This document shows positions 11,929-24,440 of a DNA stretch of 64,000 nucleotides, in pieces. Where the stretch lies: NCBI GenBank assembly GCA_035084275.1, contig CM068747.1, positions 5,270,001-5,334,000 of the forward strand, read 5' to 3'. The notes under the pieces were generated by a model. That model was given only the letters and a program-made list of their open reading frames with translations, searched no databases and had not been told where the DNA came from. This DNA comes from Hydrolagus colliei. Its lineage: Eukaryota. Positions within the stretch are counted from its first letter, which is position 1; each line of letters starts with the position of its first letter. The translations under genes were made by a program, and so were the position numbers.

Positions 11929-12230
11929 GGAGTCCTGTAGCTCGGTAGAGCACTCGTCTTACAAGTGTGAAATCTGTGTTCGAATCCATGGAGGTCAGGG
12001 AGAACCTTGGGCAAGTTTTCTTACTCCACACGCCTAATAATAATCCCGCAAAAAACAACACAATCATACAATTGGTCATGTCAATCCACAACTGTTTGTG
12101 GGACACTGCTGTGCGCAATTGGCTGCCGCGTTTCGTCCACAAAATATACAGTCAATTCACTTTACAGTATTTTCTGTGAAGCGCTTTGAGACATCTAGAA
12201 GACGTGAAAAGCGCTATATCAAGGATTATA
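11929..12230 (+). mobile_element. Full-length tRNA-derived SINE (~300 bp) with L2-type 3' stem-loop tail
   Basis: Head ggagtcctgtagctcggtagagcac...gttcgaatcc (A and B boxes), body ccttgggcaagttttcttactccacacgcc...gtgggacactgctgtgcgcaattggctgccgcg, tail gaagcgctttgagacatctagaagacgtgaaaagcgctatatc. At least 8 related copies in the window. Confidence 0.9.
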
Positions 12231-12671
12231 GATCTCCCCCTTTCCATCCCCCATGGTCACAAGCAATCGAGAACTCACTATGTGGAGTAATAAAAAATAC
12301 TGTAAAGAAATGAACTTCCCCCACCACCACCAAAGGAATGATTGAAACCGTACCCCTAACCTAAGTTGCCGCCCCCACCTCCCCAAAAAGAAAATACTTT
12401 CCATCACTCAAATATACAAGGGCTGGATATACCAACCAGCCTTGTTGCACTCTTTTGAGCCACCTTCTCAGCAGTACAAAATTCTACTTAAATTGTTCAT
12501 CTTGCAGGGCTAACTCATTGTGCAGTTGTTTAACAAAGAAACAAGTCATCATTAAGTGAGCTTTAATCCTTGGGAGATTTAATATCTCTGTAATACCGAG
12601 AAGATCCATGCAGAGAGTATGCATTTTACTATCCCCTGAAATACATTCAGTTGCTTTCTCTTCTTCCTTTT

Positions 12672-12964
12672 CCTCCAGTCCACCGGGTCTGGCCTCATCC
12701 TTGTCCCCAGAGCCCTCCGCTCCACCCTCGGCGGCCTTCAGCCACTACACCCCGAGGCTCTGGAACTCCCTTCCTCACTCCCTTTACCTCGCTCCCTCTC
12801 TTCCCAGTTTCAGGTCCCAGCTAAAGACCTTTCTCTTCGACCGCACCTTTGGTCACCTTTCTACCCCTGCCCCTGGTTCGGTCCCGGGATCCGTTGTTGT
12901 GAAGCGCTCTGAGACGCCATCCGGCGTGGAGGGCGCTACATAAATCAAAGTTGTTGTTGTTGTT
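12672..12964 (+). mobile_element. 5'-truncated L2 LINE (ORF2 C-terminus plus 3' UTR)
   Basis: Encodes AFSHYTPRLWNSLP...SLPSFRSQLKTFLF, the L2 ORF2 end. Terminal stem-loop acgccatccggcgt and (GTT)n tail. Confidence 0.9.
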
Positions 12965-14789
12965 CCTGCCGCACTTTATTCCCTCCCACAGAGGTGAGCA
13001 CACCTTGATCCTTAGTCTCTCCACGTTTTTGCTCTGTAATAACATATTACAGAATGGTCCAGGCTGAGTATCTCATTGCTGTACTCTGAGGCAGGGAGGA
13101 GGAGGAATTAGCCTGTGTGCAGTGACTGTGCAGCAAGATTTGGTGCCACCACCACTTGGGATCAAAGATCTTTTTAAAAAAAACAAGTTGCAGAGGTAAG
13201 GCGCTATATCAAATGCAAGAATGATTATTATTATTGTTGTTATTATTATTATCTCTCGGTTCCTTTCAAAAGTATATCACCTTCCAGCGAATCAAACCTG
13301 ATCTGAAATTTACAACTCGGAATAGGTGGGTGCCGGCAACAAGTTCAACCTTCCAATCTCACAAAAACACGTGACAATGGTACCAGCAATTACTTGGCAT
13401 AAAAAACAAATGACTATATAACTCAAATGGTAAAAGCTGTTGAGTTTATTGCAGCTAAGTTGCACAGAGCGGTGCAGAGATACATTTATAATTGTTAATA
13501 CGCCCTGATGTTCCTTCTGAGAGACATCAGTGCAATTTGCATTCATATCATCTCCATACTAATAGGATCGATTATGACTGATGTATTGCCCTGTCACCAA
13601 CTTTAAGCTAATCAAATTAAATGGAAGCACACAGACGGAGTGGACCTATTAAAGTGTGTTGTTTTAATATAAACAGGCGTGCAAAGCATATCGCTGGGAT
13701 TGGAATAACTAAAAGCCTGTCACAGCCAAGTATCAAAGCCAGCAAACCTGACAGTCTGTAGGACGCACCCAACAATCAGAAAATACAATTCCCTTTGATC
13801 GCCGTTTCAGTGAACGTCAAAGACAATTTATTCTGTGTACACATGAACAGATTTTCACAGCCTAGTTAAAGTGGAATCCTGTTACAGGCAATAGGTTGGG
13901 ACAGACAAAAGACATTGCACGTGATAAGGGAGCTATACAACCGCCTGATACATAACCACCACAATCAGGACCCAATAGCAACTTGCATGATTCAGAATAT
14001 TGCCAGGAATTTGTTAACAACAGGGTTGTCATGCACACAGCTCCCACTGTATAAAATGCTTTGAGATATCATTTTATGTGAAAGGTGCTATATGAATTCA
14101 ACTAGTTGTTACATACACTCAGACCTCAAGTCTTATTAAGAATATCAAACGTCTTTTTTTTTAAACTGCACTATTTATTACTGTATTTACTTATGTAGCT
14201 TTTGATCCATTTGTTAATGATCTGGAAACTGAGCAATCACTCTAAAAAGATGCAAACATTTATTTTGCAGTGGGTGGATTAGGTTGGCAAGGATTCAGTT
14301 CACCAATAATGCAAACATTTATTCACTGGAACACCCCACATCCTGTATTCATTTGCTACCCTTAAAGCATCTCTATTTAACTTCCATTTTCAAACCTATA
14401 TCTCAATAACACGATATTTCTCTGAAAATATTACAAAACTGCCCTGATCAGGGAGAGCAAGTCACCAATATGTAAGGCTTCTTTTGATAATATTCATATT
14501 CCGACAAGAACAAAATGAAAACAGTTAAGAGGTTTATCCTGGAACACCAAGTAACTCCTGAGGAGATCTTTCATGCCCCAGCACCTCGCAGAATGGTTCA
14601 CATGGGGGTTGGGAGGGTCAACTTTAACATAACATAATCTGCTGATGGTGCACTGGACAAGCACTCTATGTGACATAGTACTGAGCCACACAGACCAGGA
14701 AGGTCCCACTCCTGCTCTTTATTAAGCAACTAATTTATCTGAAGAAAGAGTAGTATGATTATCCTGATGATCCTTTTTGGGACTACGTA

Positions 14790-15135
14790 TGCAGACAGAG
14801 ATTACCCTACCAATCCAAATACAGCAATTCAAGATCACAAGATTGGTCTGATAAAGAAGGCCTTTCTGCTCATCTGATCTCATCCCTGCAGAATACACTC
14901 CCCCCCCCCCCCCCCCCTCCCCCACCATCCACACCATCACTGCATCCAGCTGTTTTTTATATGAATCTAATTCCTGACCTCTACCCTGTTTCCTGGCAAC
15001 TTGTTCCAGTCATTGATTGCCCTCCGCGTAAAAGAAATCTTTCTGGTATCTGTCTCGAAATTGCCCTCTACAACCCTAAACTTATGTCATCTTGTTCTCA
15101 TGTCATGATACATCCTGAAGTATTGATCTGGGTTT
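14790..15135 (-). mobile_element. CR1 LINE 3' fragment with expanded G run (C run on + strand)
   Basis: cctggcaacttgttccagtcattgattgccctccgcgtaaaagaa is the reverse complement of FF..R.IN.WN.LP. The 3' UTR matches the 3055 copy. Confidence 0.75.
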
Positions 15136-16471
15136 ACTCCTGCTGTAAAGTGTGGATGTCCAGATGTTGGACCAGACATGCCCAAGACATCACTCCTCTT
15201 CTCCCCCCACATCAATTTTTAAAAAAATGTCTTGCCAACAATCGCCAGCTGGAACTCCAGGCTCACACATCAAAAGAAATCAGAATGCTCATTGAACAAT
15301 CTACCACCTTGAAGAGATGGGGAAATAAGCGTGAAGAAAAATAATTCATAAAGATTTCCTCAGCTTTTGTGGTCACATTGTCAATTTGAAAAACGTGTGT
15401 TTTTAACCAACCCCCTGACCTCCGTCCCTCCTATTCAAAAAGGGCCTCAGTCACAACAAAACGCACACGGGAACATTAACATATTCGGAATATTTGCAGG
15501 AAAGAAAAACTACAAAAGACAAAACAAACGTATTTTCCTAGTTTTGTTGCCCAGGTGATTCTTGAGCTATAAATCGTCCAGTGCAATTTTCTTGGTGTAA
15601 AATGTGAGAAAGATTACAAACACAGGCTGACACATCCTCTTACTCGACTGACAATCAGGGCACTTGTATTGCTATTGTCAAGATTTCTCCCTGCACGCCG
15701 GCGTTGCTGAAAGTGTCTCTACTCTCCTTTGGGAGGAATATTGCAATACCTTTCAATCAGCAACCATTCAATCCATTGTTTTAACCCACCGCAAATCAAG
15801 TTAACGCGAGACAAAGCGCATCTAAGCACTGGGACTGTTGGGCTAAATCCAAGATAAATATCCAATTTTGTATCCATTAAGTTACTGCTGATATTTTAAA
15901 TATAATTTATGTATTTCCATTACATGGCAGCCAGGATAAAACGGGTAGTCACCAGTCTAAGATTTACCGGGTTGAATCTACAGTCAGGGATGGTTGTACT
16001 CAAGAAGTTAATGGATATTGACCTACAAGGAGATAATACTGCGATCTCATATATTAATTCAGAAATTAGAGAGATGACATAGACACAGGTGCAGAGCAAC
16101 AGCACAAAGGGTCCAGGTTGCTCGAGTGGATGTGGTTTATGTTGGGAGATCAGAAGCTCTGCTTTAACTGAAGGCTATTTTCCAGCTTCAATGAACTGAA
16201 AAGTGGAAACAGATTCATCGATTGCCAGACATCGATTGCCATCAATTGCCATCGATTTAAAAAGAAACTTCTCTTTAATTCTCTTTTAATATAATGCATG
16301 GACGTGATGTATGGCAGAGAATTTGATATTCCTACCATTTGCTGTTTTTTTTCTTCCAAACTCATTAAATTATTTTTTGTGAATACTTTAAACTTGTGTC
16401 CTCTTGTTGCAATGAGAAATAAAGCACAAATAACAGACATCCCCTGATGACCCACAATAAAGCTACTGTCT

Positions 16472-16660
16472 GGAGTGAAACTGAGCTGTACAGACCCAAA
16501 AGGTTCCAGGTTTGACCCAAGGTTTATGGTGAGTTAGCTGGTCTCTGCTGTATCAGCAGGAGCTTGTGTCAGTGCCTCATGAATACAAAGCTTTTAAAAT
16601 ACAGCTATTTGTAACCAGTGACACCTACTAGAAATTATACATATGTGTGAACAGGTTAGG
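16472..16660 (+). mobile_element. LF-SINE-like fragment (5' half)
   Basis: ctgagctgtacagacccaaaaggttccaggtttgacccaaggtttatggtgagttagctggtctc resembles the recalled LF-SINE consensus CTGAGC..TGCAGACCAGGAAGGTCCC.GGTTCGATCCC.GGTCTGTGCTGAGTTAGCTGATCTC. Confidence 0.6.
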
Positions 16661-17527
16661 TACTCACTCACACACTCATGCTCACGCACACTCACAAGAA
16701 GTTGATTTAATCCAGCCCCATCTCGCTCCCCTTCCTACAGCAAAGAAAAACACTGAGAACAACAAACAACATTGCACTGAGCATTTCAGCAATTAACAAA
16801 ATGCTAATCATCTTTGGCTCCCTCCAGAGAGATGTGATAAACAACAGTTTAAAATCAGGAAGGCAGTGATAGATGTGACTTATGTAACCAAAAAAGAATT
16901 AAAACACAAAACCAATACAGAACGGCATGGGAATTCATTGCGTTTGGAACTCATAAGAGAGAGCCTCATACCATCTCCCCACTCTTAAGCACATTTGGGT
17001 TCCTTCGCCAACAGTACCAGACCATCAGGCAAATCCACTTTTACTTCAGGGACATTCATTAAAACAATGAGCTTCTGAAATAATTTATTTTAAATGGGGC
17101 ACTTCAATTTTGAAGAAGCACGATTATAAAATTAAAGAAGAAATGCAATTGCATTTGATTTATGGATTAGCTGATCGGGCAGGTTTTGCAACAGCTCGAC
17201 CTTATGGCGAGCATGAGGAAAGGTTTGAGAGAGATGACTGAGCAGGTACAAAACAATGGCATATTGTTGATGGTTGGGAGGGAATAAAATCTTCCTCGCT
17301 TAAGTGAACTCCGAAAAACCAATTTGGGAAATAGTCCCTCTTGCTCATCAACATAATATCAGCTGTTCCCCTTGCACAGAAAAAAAATCAAACACTTGCT
17401 GTGTTTTAAGTGACAAACATCTACAAAATTAGTCCATCTCCCAATTTTCAGGTGCAGCTCAACTTGATCTTGGTGATATCAATATCATCAAGTTCATCAA
17501 GTGTCAACCTGTTGGTGGCAGTTACAA

Positions 17528-17790
17528 AGGGTGTGGTGCACTATCAACGGTTCTATTTGTTGAATGAGATGTTAAACTGAGGTTTTGTCTGCCAACGAAG
17601 GTGGATGTTATAGATCCTGTGACATTATTCGAAAAGAGAAAGAAGATTGACCGGGGTCCTGGCCATTCACTTCATGGCTGTCTGTGAAATGATTGTTCTG
17701 TGAAAATTGGCCGCCACATTTGTCTAAAAGTACACAGTTTCTATACATCATCGTTAAAAACCTGTGAACCATTTTAAGCCACTTTGGCAC
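17528..17790 (+). mobile_element. Deu-domain SINE fragment
   Basis: atgagatgttaaactgagg...gtctgcc...ggtggatgttatagatcc...gaaaagag...gtcctggcca core. Confidence 0.7.
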
Positions 17791-18807
17791 ATACGTTTCC
17801 CATCCTCTTACCGTTCAGTGAAAGAGCGATGGGAGGTTTTCACTGTGGCAGCATTGTGAGCACATTACCCTTAGTGATGTGTTCAAGATTTGCACTACAA
17901 CATTGCGCATTTGCAAACACACACAATGCAAAAAGTCAATCAAATCCTTTTCACAAAGACAGACCAAGGATACCACACAGAGTAATATAACATATTTAAG
18001 CATTGGATGGAATTGGGCAGCAGCCACATGTTCACAACTGTGGTCTTTCTGTACAATATGGACAACTCTACTCATTGTTAAATTGTGTGTCTCAAATCAG
18101 AATCCAATGTCCAATGAGCAAATAACTTTACATTACGGTAATTGTTTTTTTAAGAAAAACTTTTACTGCAATCCTCACGGGGTTGGATCAAACTTTTGCT
18201 CTGCCTTAAATTTGTACAGTCTGACAGCGCACCCAGAGACAGGATGTTCCTGCTATTTGAGTTGCCCAGGGTATAGGATCCACAGATTATTAAGGATCCC
18301 ACAACAGATCCCAAAGTAAGCCGATGTAATTTCTAAAATGGCTCATTATTCCAACAAAATCTGCATTACAGACTTGCTGCAGACGTTTGGCTCGGATTTA
18401 TTTATTTATTTTTCGTGTAAAAGACAAGAGGGATGTTTAAAAAGGATTCCCCCCTCACCCCGATCCTAATTAGTGAGCCTTTCCTCAGATTAGCAGTTTC
18501 CAGGTCTGTGGTACTTCCTGCTGAAGGGTGACCCGAGTATCTCAGTGTGGGGATGCACATTGTTCCAGCCGTGGCAGGAGCCCTCCTGGTGGCACAATAT
18601 ATGTCTCTTCCCACTGTAGGGGTCAGGGACAAGGACCCTCAATCAGCTGCATACATTTGATCTGGAAATGCCGATGACTTATCACCAGCAAAAGGCTGCT
18701 TTATCAGCACTCACAGAACCTTCCACTCCCTACTCGCCTCCAACCTCCTTCACCTCTGGGTAACAAAAGATTAAACAGAGATTCAGTCTACCTTCGGTGT
18801 CATTCAA

Positions 18808-18985
18808 ATAATAATAATCCTTACATTTGATATTGCGCTATTCACATCTTATCAACCTCTCAAAGCGCTTCACAGAATATACTGTAAAAGTGAATTGACT
18901 ATATTTTGGGGCGAAACGCGGCAGCTAATTGCAGTGTCCCACAAACAGTCGTGGATTGAAATGACAAATTGTTACCATTGTGTTT
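18808..18985 (-). mobile_element. SINE 3' half (11929 family)
   Basis: (ATA)n tail then ctcaaagcgcttcacagaatatactgtaaaagtgaattgac...gtcccacaaacagtcgtggattgaaatgac. Confidence 0.85.
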
Positions 18986-19409
18986 TTAATGGAGCACTTC
19001 ATGCTGCAAGTGCAAATCACATCAATGTAATTTCATACAATAGATTAATTTGTCAATAGTTTCTTGAACTGTGCAACAAATTGGATTTCAACCTTCTTCC
19101 AGTCTAGTGGATGTTTCTCTGTGAACTTCAAGTCTTTGACTTGAATCCTGCTCAGTTTCTACCCAACACAAAGGTAATGACTTGAAATGATGTGGAAGAA
19201 TTTACAACAACTTGAATTTATATTTGCTTTTAATGTAGGACAAATGTCTTGAAGTGCTGCATGGAGCACGAAAGAGCAGCAAAGCAGAAGAGTTACAATT
19301 GTGATGGAATTTGTGGCTTTGCTAAACGTTATTCAGCTCTCCCTTTCTCTGTGCTGAAGGTGAAATTGCTGAAAATCCTGTATATACATCACACTTAGGC
19401 AGAAGATAA

Positions 19410-20158
19410 TATAATGATATTACATTTGATACAATGGCTTATCATCTCATCGAAAGTCTCAAAGCACTTCTCAGATTTTACAGTGAAGTGTAGAAATGGT
19501 GTATTCGAAGATAAATGTGGAAATCAAATTGGGCATCAGAATGTCCCACAAGCAGCCATGGAGTGAACAAAATATATACAGTATATATAAAATAGCCCAC
19601 AGGCAACCTACCATTTTACAGGATCTCAATTTTGTTTAGAGAAGAAGACATATAGTGAGATGTTATATCAGCAGAGAGGGAGAAATTTATTTTAAAAACC
19701 TAATTGATGATTTAGCAATGGCATGATTACAATAGGCGCAGGATGGACATAAAGTAAATAAAGATTGTCTTAAAGAAAGAGGGAGAAGTTACACATAAAA
19801 ACACCCCCAAGAAAAATGACCTGCTTTGACAAAACAAACCAACATGTGGATTTGAAAAGAGTTTTAGTCTATTGAGACAATATGAGAAGCAAAGGAAAAA
19901 AAGAGCCCATGGCACTGTAAAGGAACGAGAAGCAAGATTCTGCCGGTGGTTTGGACAATAATTCTCAGCTAAAATTGATCATACACTTTCATGGCTGTTT
20001 GTAGGACATTGCTGTGTGAAAATTGTCTGCCGCATGTGTCTACAAGTACACATTCACTACACTTCACTGTAAAAATCCTGTGAAACACTTCGAAAAGTCC
20101 TGATGAGATGATAAACCACTATGTCAAATGTAAGATGACCTATTATTATTATTATTAT
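19410..20158. mobile_element. Two divergent SINE 3' fragments in opposite orientation (19410-19567 minus; about 19935-20158 plus)
   Basis: Both carry the gctgtttgtgggaca/aattggctgcc core and an (ATT)n tail. Confidence 0.65.
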
Positions 20159-21643
20159 ATCAGAGTCAGAGAAACTAGATTTATTTGTGTCTCACTAGTG
20201 TGTGCAGACACACGCACACAAATGTTGGAAGATCTCATTGAGAAGGAAATTGGGCTCAAGAAGCACAAGAACATTCTTCTTATTATTATTATTATGAACA
20301 TGTGAGTGAACATGTGAGTGCATTAAAACAGCACATTTTCAACCATAAAAACAACTTTCCATCACCCAATCTTAGACACATTTGGCAGTAGAATAGAAAC
20401 AGATCTTCTTAGGATTATGTCAAGAACAGCACATTAATGGCCATTCCCCCCTCAGTGTTTGACCTGCAAGCTTCGAACAATTAGCCACTAATACAACTAG
20501 GAAATCACAAAAAAGCCCAAGGATCTGATCCTCCTCTTCTCCAAATGCATCATGTTGGAAGGACAAGCTTTTCACTAGTCCATCAACTCAATCACAAGTC
20601 CTGACAATGCCATGGTTTTGAGGGGTGTGGGAAAAATGGATTAAAAGCACATGGTACCAGCTTTAACTTGTAAGCGGTCACAGGTAATTTATTACGGTTT
20701 GCGAATGATCCACAGCTGAAACTGATCCAAAAGTTTCTGTCGTGTCAAATGGAATTAATTTAGACCACTTCCTGTGGTGGGGTGGAGGCTTTGATGTACC
20801 AAACAGAATTGGTTATCCTGCACAGACTCAGACAGAAGCAGTTGATTAAAGAGCTCATAAATCCGATATATCAAGAATCACACTTTGCTTCAGTGCTACA
20901 CGGGTTGCCAGATGTTGCAACTGTATGTCCCCGGCCACTTGCTGTTGAATCTGGCAACGCAATAGACCCTTAGAGGACATCTGGACCGTGTCCCTGCCAG
21001 CAATCCCAGCAATACAGGTACTGCACTTCCTGTTATCTAAGAAAAAGATTGAGGACACATGTTCTTCTCCCCCCCCACCCCCCAAAGCCCCACCACCTTC
21101 CACCCCTCCCTACCTATCCTATTAAAAATTCATTCTTCCCACATTGAAGAGTTTTCAGACAGAACCAGATATCTAATGAAATGAGGACTGGAAATCTGGA
21201 AGTCATTCAGGGATCATCACATTGTCAGGGCAACTTGGCAGGAACAATCCAAAGGTGCCACCTTCCAAATCCATACATACTGAACTGTAACGTTACATCT
21301 AATTGTACTTAATAATAATCCTTGCATTTGATATGCAAGGATTGTACCTGTCGCTACGAAGGGCAATGCTGCTGAATTAACATTTGTTCTGTCAGTGGAG
21401 AAACCATTTCAAAAGGATGTCTTTCTGAAAAACATTAACCATCTAAAAACTCAATTATTTTGTCAACGTCTTGTTAAATACACAGTCACTCCACCTCACA
21501 GTAAAACCTGTGAAGAGATTTGGATCATCCTCTTGAAGTGAAAGGCACTATCTCAAATGCAAGGATTGTTATTATTATCCATCCCTTACCAAGAGAAAAC
21601 CATACGGTTAATCTGCCATAAAGCCCTACATTAAATAGAAGTA

Positions 21644-21855
21644 CAGTAAAAGCCTGCTTACCTGGCACCCTCGGTACCTGACCAATGCCGGTTAAAGCAC
21701 GTGCCGGGTATTTGGCCGAAAACACAAAACAAAAAAAAATTAAAATAATACATTGTGCCGGATAAATTCCGGTTAATCGAATGCGGTCCTTTTCTTAGGT
21801 GCCGGTTATACGGAAGTTATGGTTGATTGGGTCACGGATAAACAGGCTTTTACTG
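21644..21855. mobile_element. Non-autonomous Tc1/mariner (pogo/Tigger-like) MITE, 212 bp
   Basis: TIRs cagtaaaagcctg / caggcttttactg (13 bp perfect, about 27 bp imperfect), TA duplication on both sides (21642-21643, 21856-21857), several internal gccgg(t/a)ta repeats. Confidence 0.9.
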
Positions 21856-22023
21856 TATTTTTATTAGCAATATGTAGGGCAGGTATATTCCAAAATATGC
21901 AAAAGGAAAACACTAGCATTATTATAATTTAGATGCCAGAAGGATTAAAAAGAGGAGGCAATTGTTTTGTTCTAAGACCTACGGTACATGACATTCTGTT
22001 AGGTTTCTCACACACAAATACCA

Positions 22024-22056
<33 letters not shown>

Positions 22057-23047
22057 CTGTTGATCTCAGATCTGCCTGCCATGGACCAGGGGAAGAGGGA
22101 AAAAGATGGGAGTTGGCATTTAGTTACCCTTTGAGCCTGCTAGCTCAAAGTGCGGCGGGGAGAAGGTCCCATCTGCCCTCTAACCTGCAGTTGGTGTTCA
22201 GCTCAGCATCCAGGTAGATTGGCATGTTACTGAGCAAACAAAGAGGTGCAAGTATTTCAACCCATGCAAGATTGTTTATTTTTTTATTAAATCACCTGAA
22301 GCAGGAAATTATTACAAGCAAGGCTGAAAATACCAGTGAGAAAGGTTACTTACCAACGTGTTTCAGGACTAAATTTACCTAAACATGAAGAGGAGAGTAG
22401 AGGATAACCCATCTCATTCATATATGTGGGGCTGCCTCAGCAACAGCTAGTTGTTGTGTTCGCCCACGCATTGATCAGTGCACTTCAAAGTGAGTGGTTG
22501 TGGGAACTGCTTTGAGATATTTTGATATGATATGGTGCAATATCAAAGGCAAGTATCAAGTGCAAGTATCATAAAAGCTCATTACTTACAATTGCAAAAG
22601 GAGGGAAGCCTCAGGGATGCTAAATATACATGTGTGGGTACAGTATATATTTTCAGATCTTTAGCAGCAAAAAATGTCTTCGAAACCTCCTTTAAATTGA
22701 TAAAGGCACTCAATGAGACAGAATAGACTGTGAGCATTTGTACAGAAATAGCATTCACTCACTGCCAGGCTAAAGTCTTCAATCGGTCAGCCTCAAAAGG
22801 AAATGTTTGTCCCTCAAAGCTATGGTAATGTTTAAGTCTGCGGTAATCGAGTTAAACTACCAGCGTCTGACCCCCATGGACTTACCAGCCTCACAATGTC
22901 ACTCGAGGCCTTGCTGAAGCTTGCAATTACCCATCTGTCACATCAGCAGTCACTTTCACGGGAGAGATCCGATTTCTCCCATCAATGATTGGCATGACAT
23001 GTCATGTGATAAATCCACATGGTGGGTATGTGAGTGTGTGTGGGTGA

Positions 23048-23069
23048 GGGGGGGGGGGGGGGGGGGGGG
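23048..23069. repeat. Poly-G run preceded by GT-rich sequence
   Basis: Visible run of about 22 G. Confidence 0.95.
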
Positions 23070-24440
23070 ATGGTGAGGAAGAGAATAGGATATTAAAATT
23101 TACTGCAACTTAAATATCCATAGGAAGGAGCAAAACAAACAAAATCACTAAAATTTGTGTCTTGCAGCCTCAGCAGCACATATAACATCAAAGTGGTGCA
23201 CAATATTGTCACTGCTGATGCATGCTCAAAACTGCACAGTAATTGCTGAGAAGTGTGTTTCTATTTTGTGAGTCACTTTCGCCCATGCATTTGCACATTT
23301 TCTTCGGAGACAGTAAAGGCTAGTTTATTAGGACTCCTGTAAAAAAAAATGTACCAATTTCACCAAAAGCTAAGGAAGGCTCAAAGCTATGGAGAGGATA
23401 ATGATTTATCTCCCCCACCCACCCCTCCCCCCCACCACACACACACACACATAATCTCCCTTGCCAATGCCTGCTTCAATGAATATTTAAAACCGATAGT
23501 GACTCAAATTAACCCAGAACTCTTTGAATGTTCGGATTACCCTCAACCACAGATCGGTTAAACCAGCACAGAACATGAACTCTTTGTAAACACTTCAACT
23601 AGGTGTCTCTGATGCCCAAGTAAACAAATAGATCATGTAGTGTACTATTCTCCTAACAAATATAGTCACCACTTTTTACAGTAAATCCTGTCAAATGCTT
23701 TGAAAGGTCTTCCCAATGTAAAATAAGCTATAATTTTAAATGCAATGATTTATTTATTGATTGAGAGCAGCATTGCAAAGCTCTGTAAGATAAAGTGGCA
23801 GAAAACAAAGTGAGAGTCTTTGATCTTTTCACAAATACAGCAAGTTCCCAACTTTGGAAATGTTTTTTTAAGGTGGTTGACCTGATGAGGCTCAGCACAC
23901 ACTGGAATTATGGTGAAAGAGTGAGCAAACAATCTCTTCACAGCAAGACTTGTACAGAGCTACTCATTGTCAGCAAAAGGGTAAGCTTGTAATAATACCC
24001 GACAAATCTCAACCGAGTAATATATAGAACAGAAGATATAATAGACTTTGAAAGCAGTTCATTAATAAAACCATGTGTGTACTACTTAACACAATTACTG
24101 TATATGGAATTTTGTGAGACACTTCTGTGCATAAATTGGCGGTGTGTTTGCCCATACAGAAAATACACAGTCACTACACTTCACAATAAATCCTGTGAAG
24201 CAATGTGTGGCACCCTCCTGACGCAAAAGGCATAATATCAAATGCAATGATTGTTATTATTCCCAAATGCCAGTATAAAACACTTCTAATCACTATAGTA
24301 TCACTACAGAGGAGTATGGACCCCAATGTGATGAGTTTACCATTTGCACACATTATTTGCAGGCGAATTGCACCAAGCCCAGTGGTGATCAGATACTGAA
24401 TAGTCTGAAGCATAAGACAAGACTCTTAATTAAGCACTGA

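Noticed and set aside
11929-12000. tRNA-like sequences with A and B boxes (also at 9520-9592, 55130-55208, 60490-60565, 39303-39365)
   Set aside because: Each continues into a shared SINE body and tail and has a broken cloverleaf; these are SINE heads, not tRNA genes.
18575-18595. CTCF-like motifs at about 18580 and 25595
   Set aside because: Each departs from the core at an informative position; too weak without binding data.
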